Shown here one piece after another: positions 22,303 to 32,352 of a stretch of DNA of 59,084 nucleotides. Origin of the DNA: a virus. Taxonomy: Duplodnaviria; Heunggongvirae; Uroviricota; Caudoviricetes. The translations under genes and the position numbers were made by a program. Positions within the stretch are counted from its first letter, which is position 1. The number at the start of each line of letters is the position of its first letter. The notes under the pieces were generated by a model, which saw only the letters and a program-made list of their open reading frames with translations, did no database searches and was not told where the DNA came from. The stretch is taken from IMG/VR virus record IMGVR_UViG_2703718809_000006, one strand, 5' to 3'.

Positions 22303-22321
22303 TTATTGAGGTGAAAACGCT

Positions 22322-22711
22322 ATGGGCTTCCCTTCTCCTGCGGCGGATTATGTTGAAAGCCGAATTTCTCTTGATCAGCAACTAATCAGGCATCCATCAG
22401 CAACCTACTTCATGCGGGCAGCTGATAGCCATCACCGTGAGGGAATATTGCAGGGTGCTTTGCTGGTGGTTGATTCCTCGCTTACTCCGGTTGATGGTTC
22501 TCTGCTTGTGTGCGCTATGGAGGGTGAATATCGCATAAAGAGATACAGGAAGTATCCGCGCCAGCACCTGGAGGATTTAAGCACCGGGAAGAAAGAGGCG
22601 TTACCAGTAGATGACGATGGATACACGGGCAGTAATGCTGTTTTTGGTGTGATCACTCATGTCATCAATGATGCCCGAAGTGGGGAATTTGATGATTGTC
22701 CGGTTATTTAA
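22322..22711 (+). CDS. humD: UmuD'-like SOS mutagenesis protein (HumD)
   Basis: S24 peptidase/UmuD-like core; short N-terminus consistent with a pre-processed UmuD' form; LexA box upstream. Confidence 0.8.
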   Translation: MGFPSPAADYVESRISLDQQLIRHPSATYFMRAADSHHREGILQGALLVVDSSLTPVDGSLLVCAMEGEYRIKRYRKYPRQHLEDLSTGKKEALPVDDDGYTGSNAVFGVITHVINDARSGEFDDCPVI

Positions 22712-22752
22712 GCTGCAAAGTGCTGGTGCTTTATGCCTGTGAAGTTTATAAT

Positions 22753-22775
22753 TGTGTACACATAACGAGTACACG
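22753..22775. promoter_or_regulatory. phd-doc promoter/operator palindromes
   Basis: TGTGTACACA and GAGTACAC palindromes immediately upstream of the phd start. Confidence 0.6.
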
Positions 22776-22783
22776 AGGTGTTT

Positions 22784-23005
22784 ATGCAATCCATTAACTT
22801 CCGTACCGCGCGTGGCAACCTTTCTGAAGTGCTCAACAATGTTGAAGCCGGGGAAGAGGTTGAAATCACCCGCAGAGGCCGTGAGCCAGCAGTAATTGTC
22901 AGCAAGGCTACTTTCGAAGCCTACAAAAAAGCGGCGCTGGATGCTGAATTTGCATCCCTGTTTGACACCCTGGACTCCACCAACAAGGAACTGGTTAACC
23001 GATAA
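22784..23005 (+). CDS. phd: Phd antitoxin
   Basis: 73-aa product [19 protein letters not shown]... matches P1 Phd as I recall it. Confidence 0.9.
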
Positions 23006-23385
23006 TGAGGCATATATCACCGGAAGAACTTATTGCGCTTCATGATGCGAATATAAGCCGCTACGGCGGCCTGCCGGGAATGTCTGATCCGGGTAGGGCA
23101 GAGGCCATTATCGGGAGAGTTCAGGCCAGAGTTGCCTACGAAGAGATCACCGACCTTTTCGAAGTCTCCGCCACCTACCTGGTGGCTACAGCGAGAGGGC
23201 ATATATTCAATGATGCCAATAAGCGTACCGCGCTAAACAGTGCGCTGTTATTTCTACGCCGTAACGGGGTGCAGGTATTTGATTCACCTGAACTGGCAGA
23301 CCTTACCGTAGGGGCTGCGACCGGAGAGATATCTGTATCTTCTGTCGCCGACACGTTACGTAGATTGTATGGTTCCGCAGAGTAG
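23005..23385 (+). CDS. doc: Doc toxin (Fic-fold kinase)
   Basis: 126 aa; ATGA overlap with phd; matches P1 Doc as recalled. Confidence 0.9.
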
Positions 23386-23389
23386 ATTA

Positions 23390-23569
23390 ATGGCACGTAA
23401 ATACAACAAATTGTCCCGTGAAGCGTTAAAGATGCTTCTTGATGGCGTGAGTCGCCGCGAGGTAAAGCAATACCTGGTTGGTAAGCAAATTGGTGCCAGG
23501 ACCGCTATTGCTGTGTTATGCCGTCAGGAAATGGTTGTGCTTAAACAGAGAATGCCGGGCAGCAGATAA
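23390..23569 (+). CDS. Small basic protein in the pdcA position
   Basis: ATG 5 nt after the doc stop; 59 codons. Confidence 0.4.
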   Translation: MARKYNKLSREALKMLLDGVSRREVKQYLVGKQIGARTAIAVLCRQEMVVLKQRMPGSR

Positions 23570-23596
23570 AGCCCAATCAGTGATGAAAGGTGTGAT

Positions 23597-24640
23597 GTGA
23601 AAGCCGTAATTACTCCCTTTGTACAAAAAGAGCTTGGCGTCGCCACATTCAAAGTGGATCAGGAAGTCAGAAAGCTGGTGGAGGCTGGCCGTAAATTTAT
23701 TATGGAGCCGGTGCCGCGTGAGTTAATCGAGCACATGGACGACGGCCTCGTTGTTTCCGAGCAGACTATGGCAACAAATGAGGCGTTGCAGCCGTTTTTT
23801 AACAGCGATGAACTGTTTCGCCGTATTGGTGGAATTGACGCGCTGGTGGCGTGGTTGCGTAGGAAAGAGGGTCAATGCCAGGCCGCAGATCGTAGTTGGT
23901 GTGACAACCATATTGTCCACGCTGAACGAGACAATAGCGCGGTGTTGTTGTGCTGGCATCACGATAACCATTACCGGATGCGTGGTTTTAATGAGCTGAA
24001 AGAAACGCTGCATAATAATCGCGTTAACTGGATACTGGATGTCGCCCGTCAGGAAATGGGGCTTTCAGATGGCCATGATTTAAGTATTCAGGAACTGTGC
24101 TGGTGGGCTTTCATGCGCAACATGATGCACCTGATGCCGGAAGAAGTTTGCCGTATATCAATAAATAAGATGAAAGCCGCAACGCAGGATAGCGGACCTC
24201 TGAAAGAGGCGGATATTCGCCCGTATGACGATCGCGCTACAGCATATGTTCAGATGATGGAAGAACGCGCCGCGCCGATGCGTGCAAAAGTATGCCCTGT
24301 GGATGTTGACTCCGACCCTGGCATGGCGCATTTCAAAATACCAAAACTTCAATCGCTAAAATTGCCCGAGTACATGGATTTTGTGGCTTCCCGTCCATGC
24401 TGTGGCTGTGGAGCTGCGGGAGCTGGCGCTCACATTACGCCTTATATCGTTCGTCATAGTCGATTATGCGCGCATGACATTTATGCTATTCCTCTGTGCC
24501 AGTCATGCCAGCGTGATATTGAGCGTGACCGCGATAATTGGGAGAAGACGCACGGTAGGCTGGCGATGCATCAACGATTGTTCTTTGATTACGCGCTTGG
24601 AGTCGGCGCTATCACAAGTCATTCGTCGAGCGTTAGATAA
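23597..24640 (+). CDS. Cys-rich DUF968-like protein in the pdcB position
   Basis: GTG start after AAAGGTG; C-terminal '[17 protein letters not shown]...CQSCQRD' cysteine cluster. Confidence 0.5.
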   Translation: MKAVITPFVQKELGVATFKVDQEVRKLVEAGRKFIMEPVPRELIEHMDDGLVVSEQTMATNEALQPFFNSDELFRRIGGIDALVAWLRRKEGQCQAADRSWCDNHIVHAERDNSAVLLCWHHDNHYRMRGFNELKETLHNNRVNWILDVARQEMGLSDGHDLSIQELCWWAFMRNMMHLMPEEVCRISINKMKAATQDSGPLKEADIRPYDDRATAYVQMMEERAAPMRAKVCPVDVDSDPGMAHFKIPKLQSLKLPEYMDFVASRPCCGCGAAGAGAHITPYIVRHSRLCAHDIYAIPLCQSCQRDIERDRDNWEKTHGRLAMHQRLFFDYALGVGAITSHSSSVR

Positions 24641-24641
24641 A

Positions 24642-24658
24642 ATTGCTCTAATGTATTG
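24642..24658 (+). promoter_or_regulatory. C1-operator-like 17-mer upstream of lpa
   Basis: ATTGCTCTAATGTATTG, followed by a second overlapping ATTGCT repeat. Confidence 0.55.
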
Positions 24659-24728
24659 CTATTTCTTTAATCGAGGGTATTATATTCGACGTTGATTAGT
24701 TGACATGGGCTAATCAGTAGGTGACAGG

Positions 24729-25181
24729 ATGTTACTTAACTGGCAGGGACGCCACTTCATGGAAATAAATCACTCACGAATAACATCGTACGAGATTGCG
24801 GATTACATGATCCGCACTAAATCTCTTCTATCAGCGAAAGAACTCGCAGCAATTCTTGAAAAGGAATACCCGCATCTGGATGTCGATAAGCGCGATGTTT
24901 ATCTGCGCTTAAAGGCTATCGCTGTGTCTAAGTATTCGTCTGTTTTGATTGATGACAGTACACGCCCACGTAGATTTCAGATCCACTCTCTGAATCCTGA
25001 ATTCTTTCGCCGCAGCCGCGCTCCGCGCCGGTTTGATGAAAAACTCCAGAACGAACTCTATATGACGCAGGACGAAAAGGAACGCCGGGAGCACCAGCCT
25101 TGGGTGATGGCGCGTCAACTTTTCAATAAGGTGGTCCGTCAGCACCGTCATTACGGTAATGCCACATCCGCACGTATCTGA
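24729..25181 (+). CDS. lpa: Late promoter activator (Lpa-like)
   Basis: Position between the pdcB-like gene and pacA with an operator upstream, matching the P1 order; start may be the ATG at 24759. Confidence 0.55.
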   Translation: MLLNWQGRHFMEINHSRITSYEIADYMIRTKSLLSAKELAAILEKEYPHLDVDKRDVYLRLKAIAVSKYSSVLIDDSTRPRRFQIHSLNPEFFRRSRAPRRFDEKLQNELYMTQDEKERREHQPWVMARQLFNKVVRQHRHYGNATSARI

Positions 25182-25267
25182 TTGATTGCTTGCCCGTTCC
25201 GGGCCTTTTGACATGTGACTTTCGTTACCCTCGCGTCAAAAAGAGTTTTATACGAAAGGAAGCATAA

Positions 25268-26461
25268 GTGACCTGGGACGATCACAAGAAGAATTTTGCT
25301 CGCCTGGCGCGAGATGGTGGTTACACCATCGCACAGTATGCCGCCGAGTTTAATCTTAACCCTAATACCGCACGTCGTTATCTCCGTGCCTTCAAAGAAG
25401 ACACCAGGACAGCGGACAGCCGCAAGCCAAATAAGCCAGTCAGGAAGCCTCTAAAAAGCATGATCATTGATCACGCTAATGATCAACGTGCAGGTGATCA
25501 CATTGTGGCTGAAATGGCTGAAAAACAAAGAGTTAATGCTGTTGTCAGTGCCGCAGTCGAGAACGCTAAGCGCCAAAATAAGCGCATAAATGATCGTTCT
25601 GATGATCATGACGTGATCACCCGCGCCCACCGTACCTTACGTGATCGCCTGGAACGCGACACCCTGGATGATGATGGTGAACGCTTTGAATTCGAAGCTG
25701 GCGATTACCTGATAGATAACGTTGAAGCGCGGAAGGCCGCGCGCGCTATGTTGCGTCGGTCCGGGGCCGATGTTCTGGAAACCACTCTTCTGGAAAAGTC
25801 TCTTTCTCATCTCCTTATGCTGGAGAACGCCAGGGATACGTGTATTCGTCTGGTGCAGGAAATGCGCGATCAGCAAAAAGACGATGATGAAGGTACTCCG
25901 CCTGAATACCGTATCGCGAGCATGCTAAACAGCTGTTCCGCGCAGATAAGCAGCCTGATCAACACCATTTACAGCATCCGGAATAACTATCGAAAAGAAA
26001 GCCGGGAGGCGGAAAAGCACGCTTTGTCTATGGGGCAAGCTGGCATTGTTAAGCTGGCATACGAACGAAAGCGTGAAAATAACTGGTCAGTGCTGGAAGC
26101 AGCTGAATTCATCGAGGCGCATGGCGGGAAAGTGCCGCCCCTGATGCTGGAGCAAATCAAAGCCGATCTGCGTGCTCCGAAGACCAATACCGATGATGAG
26201 GAAAGGCAAACAGCCGTCGGTGGCCCTTCTCTTGAAGATCTGGACAAAGTTGCGCGAGAACGGGCCGCCAACCGCCGCGCCGATGCCGCATTGTGGATTG
26301 AGCAGCGTAGGGAAGAAATCGCCGATATCGTTGATACAGGCGGTTATGGAGATGTTGATACTGAAGGTGTATCAAACGAACCATGGCTGGAACAAGACCT
26401 GGACGAAGACGAGGAGGAAGACGAAGAAGTTACCCGCAAGCTATACGGGGATGATGATTAA
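25268..26461 (+). CDS. pacA: Terminase (pacase) small subunit PacA
   Basis: 397 aa; contains the pac site internally; acidic C-terminus. Confidence 0.85.
   Translation: MTWDDHKKNFARLARDGGYTIAQYAAEFNLNPNTARRYLRAFKEDTRTADSRKPNKPVRKPLKSMIIDHANDQRAGDHIVAEMAEKQRVNAVVSAAVENAKRQNKRINDRSDDHDVITRAHRTLRDRLERDTLDDDGERFEFEAGDYLIDNVEARKAARAMLRRSGADVLETTLLEKSLSHLLMLENARDTCIRLVQEMRDQQKDDDEGTPPEYRIASMLNSCSAQISSLINTIYSIRNNYRKESREAEKHALSMGQAGIVKLAYERKRENNWSVLEAAEFIEAHGGKVPPLMLEQIKADLRAPKTNTDDEERQTAVGGPSLEDLDKVARERAANRRADAALWIEQRREEIADIVDTGGYGDVDTEGVSNEPWLEQDLDEDEEEDEEVTRKLYGDDD
25461..25619. other. pac packaging site: seven GATC-containing hexamers in two clusters
   Basis: Four TGATCA at 25461-25500 and TGATCG/TGATCA/TGATCA at 25591-25619; matches the P1 pac 4+3 architecture. 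Confidence 0.8.
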
Positions 26462-27945
26462 TGGCCAGAAGTTGCGTAACGGATCCACGTTGGCGCGAGC
26501 TGGTGGCGCTATATCGTTATGACTGGATTGCGGCCGCTGATGTTTTGTTCGGCAAAACACCTACCTGGCAGCAGGATCTGATTATTGAGTCTGTGCAGGA
26601 ACAGGGTAGCAAGACATCTGTTTCGTCTGGCCACGGTACCGGGAAATCAGACATGACTTCTATCATGATCATGTTGTTCATAATCATGTATCCCGGTGCC
26701 CGAGCCATTATCGTTGCGAACAAAATTCAGCAGGTAATGACCGGTATATTCAAGTACATCAAGATAAACTGGGCTACTGCCACCAGCCGTTTTCCATGGC
26801 TTGCTGATTATTTTGTTCTGACAGAAACCGCTTTCTATGAGGTTACTGGTAAAGGTGTATGGACTGTAGTACCGAAGGGCTTTCGTCTGGGAAGTGAAGA
26901 AGCTCTCGCCGGTGAACACGCAGATCATCTTCTGTATATTATCGATGAAGCCTCCGGTGTCAGTGATAGAGCTTTCGGTATCATCACCGGTGCTCTTACC
27001 GGACAGGATAACCGCATCTTATTGCTGTCACAGCCTACACGCCCAAGCGGCTATTTCTACGATACACACCATAAACTGGCCAAGCGTCCTGGTAACCCTG
27101 ATGGCGTTTATACGGCGATCACGCTTAACAGTGAGGAATCACCGCTGGTAACGCCAGCATTTATCAAAATGAAGCTGGCGGAGTACGGCGGGCGCGATAA
27201 CCCTATGTACATGATTAAGGTACGCGGCCTATTCCCTAAATCACAGGATGGCTTCCTTCTTGGACGTGATGAGGTTGAACGTGCAACGCGGCGGAAAGTC
27301 AAGATTGCCAAAGGATGGGGCTGGCTTGCATGTGTGGACGTTGCTGGTGGTACGGGAAGGGATAAGTCCGTTATCAATATCATGATGGTGTCCGGCCAGC
27401 GAAACAAACGCCGTGTAATCAACTATCGAATGCTGGAATACACAGACGTTACAGAAACGCAGCTTGCCGCCAAAATTTTCGCAGAATGTAATCCTGAGCG
27501 ATTCCCAAATATCACCATAGCGATAGACGGCGATGGCCTGGGTAAAGCAACAGCGGATCTGATGTACGAGTATTATGGTATTACCGTACAGCGTATACGC
27601 TGGGGTAAAAAGATGCATAGCCGTGAAGATAAGAGCCTGTACTTTGATAAACGTGCTTATGCCAATGTTCAAGCCGCAGAGGCCGTAAAATCTGGTCGTA
27701 TGAGACTGGATAAGGGTAATGAAACTATTGAGGAAGCGTCGAAAATCCCTGTAGGGATTAACTCCGCAGGTCAATGGAAGGTGATGAGTAAGGAGGATAT
27801 GAAGAAAAAACTCAACCTGCACTCACCAGACCATTGGGATACATATTGTTTCGCTATGCTGGCGGATTATGTTCCCCAGGATGAAGTGCTTAGCGTCGAA
27901 GACGAAGCGCAGGTTGATGAAGCTCTGGCATGGCTTAATGAATAA
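26461..27945 (+). CDS. pacB: Terminase (pacase) large subunit PacB
   Basis: 494 aa; ATG overlaps the pacA stop. Confidence 0.85.
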   Translation: MARSCVTDPRWRELVALYRYDWIAAADVLFGKTPTWQQDLIIESVQEQGSKTSVSSGHGTGKSDMTSIMIMLFIIMYPGARAIIVANKIQQVMTGIFKYIKINWATATSRFPWLADYFVLTETAFYEVTGKGVWTVVPKGFRLGSEEALAGEHADHLLYIIDEASGVSDRAFGIITGALTGQDNRILLLSQPTRPSGYFYDTHHKLAKRPGNPDGVYTAITLNSEESPLVTPAFIKMKLAEYGGRDNPMYMIKVRGLFPKSQDGFLLGRDEVERATRRKVKIAKGWGWLACVDVAGGTGRDKSVINIMMVSGQRNKRRVINYRMLEYTDVTETQLAAKIFAECNPERFPNITIAIDGDGLGKATADLMYEYYGITVQRIRWGKKMHSREDKSLYFDKRAYANVQAAEAVKSGRMRLDKGNETIEEASKIPVGINSAGQWKVMSKEDMKKKLNLHSPDHWDTYCFAMLADYVPQDEVLSVEDEAQVDEALAWLNE

Positions 27946-27969
27946 CTCATTGACCATGCCGGATGGAAA

Positions 27970-28821
27970 CTATTGCGCGCTTTCGGGGTTGTCGTTTACT
28001 GGCTGCCCTTTCTTAGTTTTACGGCTGCGCGTAACTGATGCGGCTGATTTGACCTTTTTCTCTTCGCGAGTGATGGCAATTTGTTTTTTTACATTTTCAA
28101 TATCTGCCAGGCGATATATTTTTGCCTGCGGCCAGCGGTCGCAGATGATCGGTTCTATAGAGTCATAAAGGCTAAATTTTGCTTTCTCGAATTCACCGTT
28201 GATGATAATTCCATCACGGAGAGTTTCATCGCAGATAAACACACCACATAGCGGCACATGGTAACTAACTGATTTACCATCATTGTAGTTAGGGCTACTA
28301 GAAATGTAATGGACGCGCAGCATTGTTTCGCTAAAGCCGTGTACGCGCATACGGAATTTTTCATCCTCCGGGTACTGCTTCATTAGCTCTTTTGTTGCTT
28401 CCAGGTTCTCTATGTATTTCGCACTGTGCTCATTGATCCCTGCGCTTTTCTGGATGCGAATGTCCTTATCAATCAGATGAATAATGCGGCCAGCGGTCAT
28501 GTTGACGCTGTTCACAGCTTCTGTCTGATAAGTCGTAACCTTACGCACACCGCGAAGGATGTTAGGCACTGGATATAAAATAGTCTTTGGGATATTGAGG
28601 TCTGGGTACTGTTCCAGTTCCCGCGCCATTAAAGTCCATTTATCAATTTCAGCCTGAATGCTGTCAGTTTCTTTGAACGGCAGAACGACAACCGGGCGTA
28701 CAGGACGACCGTCGCTGGCGGCATCAACGTGTTGGGCGCGTGCAACAGCTTTTTTTAGAAAGAGATCCCTGAAGCTGACGAACTCCTGGTACAGTTGTTC
28801 GCCGTAGACATAATTTATCAT
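27970..28821 (-). CDS. c1: C1 immunity repressor
   Basis: 283 aa; position downstream of coi; operator-like sites nearby. Confidence 0.85.
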   Translation of the reverse strand: MINYVYGEQLYQEFVSFRDLFLKKAVARAQHVDAASDGRPVRPVVVLPFKETDSIQAEIDKWTLMARELEQYPDLNIPKTILYPVPNILRGVRKVTTYQTEAVNSVNMTAGRIIHLIDKDIRIQKSAGINEHSAKYIENLEATKELMKQYPEDEKFRMRVHGFSETMLRVHYISSSPNYNDGKSVSYHVPLCGVFICDETLRDGIIINGEFEKAKFSLYDSIEPIICDRWPQAKIYRLADIENVKKQIAITREEKKVKSAASVTRSRKTKKGQPVNDNPESAQ

Positions 28822-28915
28822 TGATCCTCCTCCAGAATTGACATGGCCAACAACTCACAGCGGATTACACTGGGAGTTGTTGGCCACCATTATAGAAGGA
28901 TCCAACGAAAATAAT

Positions 28916-28932
28916 AGATTTATTAGTGCATT
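28916..28932 (-). promoter_or_regulatory. C1-operator-like 17-mer between c1 and coi
   Basis: AGATTTATTAGTGCATT (14/17 to the consensus on the minus strand). Confidence 0.45.
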
Positions 28933-29141
28933 TATTGTGAGTCTGGCTGGTTAGTGGCCATGAGATATTCGATTGTGTCAGTGAGATCATCCAGGTCGTC
29001 TTGGGTGATGCGGTACTCCTGATTGGATATCTTTGAGTAGTGTTCAGCAATGGCGCGGGCAGCGTCGGTTTCGGCGGGGTCTACAGATAAAGCGTTAGAG
29101 CAATGTCTAACGTCGTCGATGGTTGGTGGAATGAAAGCCAT
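28932..29141 (-). CDS. coi: Coi, C1 inactivator
   Basis: 69-aa acidic protein immediately upstream of c1 on the same strand. Confidence 0.8.
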   Translation of the reverse strand: MAFIPPTIDDVRHCSNALSVDPAETDAARAIAEHYSKISNQEYRITQDDLDDLTDTIEYLMATNQPDSQ

Positions 29142-29379
29142 AATTATGCCTCACTGTATTGACAACACAGAGCCTGAAGCTCTGACCTACTGTTTCACCC
29201 ATGATCCATGCTGGGGTAATCTAACAACATTGCGCTGTGTGTAAGATGAGCAATGCATAGCTGTAATGCCGTTGTATAAGGTTTCCCTGTTTGCTCATTT
29301 CCTTCTGAGCCGCTCTACAACGCTGAAGACACATTAAATAGTGAATCCAAAGTCGTATTACGAAACGGCGGCAAAACTA

Positions 29380-29396
29380 TAATTTATTAGAGCAAT
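29380..29396 (-). promoter_or_regulatory. C1-operator-like 17-mer
   Basis: TAATTTATTAGAGCAAT (minus-strand ATTGCTCTAATAAATTA, 16/17). Confidence 0.55.
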
Positions 29397-29462
29397 TGTC
29401 AAACAACTATGAAAAACAATCCAGTTTTTGGCTGGTGGAGTGGGATTTTTCTCTCAAAAATT

Positions 29463-29479
29463 ATTGCTCTAATAATTCT
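29463..29479 (+). promoter_or_regulatory. C1-operator-like 17-mer
   Basis: ATTGCTCTAATAATTCT. Confidence 0.55.
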
Positions 29480-29522
29480 TGATTTTTATGCGCAGCTGGA
29501 CGTAAACTCCTCTTCGGACCTA

Positions 29523-29556
29523 ATAACTTCGTATAGCATACATTATACGAAGTTAT
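29523..29556. other. loxP site
   Basis: Exact 34-bp ATAACTTCGTATA-GCATACAT-TATACGAAGTTAT. Confidence 0.97.
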
Positions 29557-29575
29557 CTTAAGGGTTATTGAACAT

Positions 29576-29648
29576 GATCAATTTACCTGTAAATCCATAC
29601 AGTTCAATACCTTATCAGGTCAAATAGTGATCACTTGATCATTTGATC
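29576..29648. promoter_or_regulatory. Cluster of four Dam GATC sites in the cre upstream region
   Basis: GATC at about 29576, 29629, 29637 and 29645; P1 cre promoters are Dam-sensitive (established knowledge). Confidence 0.55.
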
Positions 29649-29745
29649 AAGGTTGCGCTACGTAAAATCTGCGAAATGTTGGCAGTGTTAGTGCTCCAGA
29701 TTTCGCGTAGCGCACTTAGCACCACCAATCAATCAGAGGTGAAAA

Positions 29746-29967
29746 ATGGGATATTCAGCTGCTAAAGTGTCCACTCATCTTGAGCTTGAGAAAAACCGTG
29801 GTTACTGGCGGGCAAAAGGGTTTGATCGTGATAGTTGTCAACTGTCATTATCGCGCGGTGAAGAGAAAATAGAACGCACGCGCGGTCGCTGGCGTTTCTA
29901 TGACGAGAACCATAAACAGGTAAAGGCAGAGCCGATCCTGTACACTTTACTTAAAACCATTATCTGA
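29746..29967 (+). CDS. cra: Cra-like small protein upstream of cre
   Basis: 73-aa ORF ending 7 nt before cre; leader carries the CCAATCAATCA module. Confidence 0.6.
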   Translation: MGYSAAKVSTHLELEKNRGYWRAKGFDRDSCQLSLSRGEEKIERTRGRWRFYDENHKQVKAEPILYTLLKTII

Positions 29968-29974
29968 GTGTTAA

Positions 29975-31006
29975 ATGTCCAATTTACTGACCGTACACCA
30001 AAATTTGCCTGCATTACCGGTCGATGCAACGAGTGATGAGGTTCGCAAGAACCTGATGGACATGTTCAGGGATCGCCAGGCGTTTTCTGAGCATACCTGG
30101 AAAATGCTTCTGTCCGTTTGCCGGTCGTGGGCGGCATGGTGCAAGTTGAATAACCGGAAATGGTTTCCCGCAGAACCTGAAGATGTTCGCGATTATCTTC
30201 TATATCTTCAGGCGCGCGGTCTGGCAGTAAAAACTATCCAGCAACATTTGGGCCAGCTAAACATGCTTCATCGTCGGTCCGGGCTGCCACGACCAAGTGA
30301 CAGCAATGCTGTTTCACTGGTTATGCGGCGGATTCGAAAAGAAAACGTTGATGCCGGTGAACGTGCAAAACAGGCATTGGCGTTCGAACGCACTGATTTC
30401 GACCAGGTTCGTTCACTCATGGGAAATAGCGATCGCTGCCAGGATATACGGAATCTGGCATTTCTGGGGATTGCTTATAACACCCTGTTACGTATAGCCG
30501 AAATTGCCAGGATCAGGGTTAAAGATATCTCACGTACTGACGGTGGGAGAATGTTAATCCATATTGGCAGAACGAAAACGCTGGTTAGCACCGCAGGTGT
30601 AGAGAAGGCACTTAGCCTGGGGGTAACTAAACTGGTCGAGCGATGGATTTCCGTCTCTGGTGTGGCTGATGATCCGAATAACTACTTGTTTTGCCGGGTC
30701 AGAAAAAATGGTGTTGCCTCGCCATCATCCACCAGCCAGCTATCAACTCGCGCCCTGGAAGGGATTTTTGAAGCAACTCACCGATTGATTTACGGGGCTA
30801 AGGATGACTCTGGTCAGAGGTACCTGGCCTGGTCTGGACACAGTGCCCGTGTCGGAGCCGCGCGAGATATGGCCCGCGCCGGAGTTTCAATACCGGAGAT
30901 CATGCAAGCTGGTGGCTGGACCAACGTAAATATTGTCATGAACTATATCCGTAACCTGGATAGTGAAACAGGGGCAATGGTGCGCCTGCTGGAAGATGGC
31001 GATTAG
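29975..31006 (+). CDS. cre: Cre tyrosine recombinase
   Basis: 343 aa, MSNLLTVHQNLPALPVDATSDEVRKNLMDMFRDRQAFSEHTWKMLLSVCRSWAAWCKLNNRKWFPAEPEDVRDYLLYLQARGLAVKTIQQHLGQLNMLHRRSGLPRPSDSNAVSLVMRRIRKENVDAGERAKQALAFERTDFDQVRSLM..., matches Cre as I recall it. Confidence 0.97.
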   Translation: MSNLLTVHQNLPALPVDATSDEVRKNLMDMFRDRQAFSEHTWKMLLSVCRSWAAWCKLNNRKWFPAEPEDVRDYLLYLQARGLAVKTIQQHLGQLNMLHRRSGLPRPSDSNAVSLVMRRIRKENVDAGERAKQALAFERTDFDQVRSLMGNSDRCQDIRNLAFLGIAYNTLLRIAEIARIRVKDISRTDGGRMLIHIGRTKTLVSTAGVEKALSLGVTKLVERWISVSGVADDPNNYLFCRVRKNGVASPSSTSQLSTRALEGIFEATHRLIYGAKDDSGQRYLAWSGHSARVGAARDMARAGVSIPEIMQAGGWTNVNIVMNYIRNLDSETGAMVRLLEDGD

Positions 31007-31023
31007 CCATTAACGCGTAAATG

Positions 31024-31040
31024 ATTGCTCTAATTCTTTG
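31024..31040 (+). promoter_or_regulatory. C1-operator-like 17-mer upstream of c8
   Basis: ATTGCTCTAATTCTTTG. Confidence 0.5.
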
Positions 31041-31056
31041 ATATTTATGGTGACAT

Positions 31057-31368
31057 ATGAGAAAGAATTTCAACATCGACGGAAAATATGTAGTGCTGTC
31101 AGTGAGCACTAATATTCAGTCGCCAGCCGTCATTGTCACTGTAAAGCTGAGCGATAGAATGCCTGATATTGACTCAATATCCGTTGCGTTCCCTGTCAGA
31201 AGTATGCGTAGTGCTGAACATTTCGTGATGAATGCCACCGAGGAAGAAGCACGGCGCGGTTTTGCTAAAGTGATGTCTGAGTTTGGCGAATTTTTGGGGC
31301 ACGTTGACAAAGCCCTCTCAATCAGTTCAGCAAGGTCCAAAGCATTAACAGCTTCCATGATGAAATAA
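31057..31368 (+). CDS. c8: Small protein in the P1 c8 position
   Basis: 103-aa ORF between cre and ref. Confidence 0.5.
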   Translation: MRKNFNIDGKYVVLSVSTNIQSPAVIVTVKLSDRMPDIDSISVAFPVRSMRSAEHFVMNATEEEARRGFAKVMSEFGEFLGHVDKALSISSARSKALTASMMK

Positions 31369-31498
31369 AAAAAGCCTGGCAAGGAGCCAGGCTGCACAAA
31401 AGAGCGGGTTTGTATTCCGCATCCAATCAATCAAGAAGGAGTATAGCACACAGGTACTGAAGTGAAAAAATGTGATTCGCGATAAACAAAATCTCTAC

Positions 31499-31528
31499 CA
31501 TTGCTCTAATTGATTGCTATAATTGAGC
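31499..31528 (+). promoter_or_regulatory. Two overlapping C1-operator-like 17-mers with a -10 TATAAT (ref promoter/operator)
   Basis: ATTGCTCTAATTGATTG and ATTGCTATAATTGAGCC. Confidence 0.6.
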
Positions 31529-31584
31529 CGCAGTTTTTGTCAACTACGAAGACGTTGCCATTACTTAACTCCTTGACATCATTG

Positions 31585-31609
31585 GCGGCCATCAGGCCGC
31601 CTTTTTTTT
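31585..31609 (+). terminator. Terminator-like hairpin immediately upstream of the ref start codon (possible attenuator)
   Basis: GGCGGCC-atca-GGCCGCC followed by TTTTTTTT, ending about 5 nt before the ATG. Confidence 0.5.
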
Positions 31610-31614
31610 GCCAT

Positions 31615-32175
31615 ATGAAAACAATCGAACAAAAAATTGAACAGCACCGTAAGTGGCAGAAGGCAGCCAGAGAACGAGCGATCGCTCGGCAACGGGAGAA
31701 GTTGGCTGATCCGGCCTGGCGAGAATCTCAATATCAGAAAATGCGGAATACTATCGACCGCCGTATCGCTAAACAGAAAGAGCGCCCACCAGCCAGCAAA
31801 ACGCGGAAAAGCGCGGTAAAAATAAAATCTCGTGGCTTGAAGGGACGAACACCGACGGCGGAGGAGCGGCGCATAGCCAATGCTCTTGGCGCTCTCCCCT
31901 GCATTGCCTGCTATATGCATGGAGTAATATCTGAAGAGGTGTCTCTGCACCATATCTCCGGTCGTACCGCGCCTGGTTGTCACAAAAAGCAATTGCCACT
32001 TTGTAGATGGCACCACCAGCATGCAGCACCGGCTGAAGTAAGAGAAAAATACCCCTGGCTGGTCCCTGTTCATGCCGATGGTGTGGTTGGAGGCAAGAAA
32101 GAATTCACCTTGCTGAACAAGTCAGAGATGGAGTTGCTGGCTGACGCCTATGAGATGGCAAACAGCATACACTAA
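31615..32175 (+). CDS. ref: Ref recombination-enhancement HNH endonuclease
   Basis: 186 aa from the ATG at 31615; Cys/His cluster 'CIACYMHG...HHISG...CRWHH'; basic N-terminal region. Confidence 0.8.
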   Translation: MKTIEQKIEQHRKWQKAARERAIARQREKLADPAWRESQYQKMRNTIDRRIAKQKERPPASKTRKSAVKIKSRGLKGRTPTAEERRIANALGALPCIACYMHGVISEEVSLHHISGRTAPGCHKKQLPLCRWHHQHAAPAEVREKYPWLVPVHADGVVGGKKEFTLLNKSEMELLADAYEMANSIH

Positions 32176-32322
32176 TAAATATATTATTTTTAATCTGAAA
32201 TAATTGACAACTGACAAGTGACTTCAGTCAGAATCATCACATGCCCGGTACGGATGGATCCCTTTTCAAATATTCCATGGACGGCACAGTCTGAGTACCG
32301 GGCGCTACCTTCAGTTGTATTG

Positions 32323-32352
32323 CTAAGCCGCCGCTGGTGGCTTTTCTTTTTT
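32323..32352 (+). terminator. Terminator-like hairpin plus T-run just upstream of mat
   Basis: AGCCGCC-gctg-GGTGGCT followed by TTTCTTTTTT. Confidence 0.45.

Noticed and set aside
29142-29379. Short minus-strand ORFs upstream of coi (P1 imcA/imcB position)
   Set aside because: Only a 25-codon ORF (MSKQGNLIQRHYSYALLILHTAQCC) could be traced; too short and unsupported to call confidently.
31377-31397. Hairpin GCCTGGC-aagga-GCCAGGC after c8 as a terminator
   Set aside because: No downstream T-run; kept only as part of the repeated leader-module observation.
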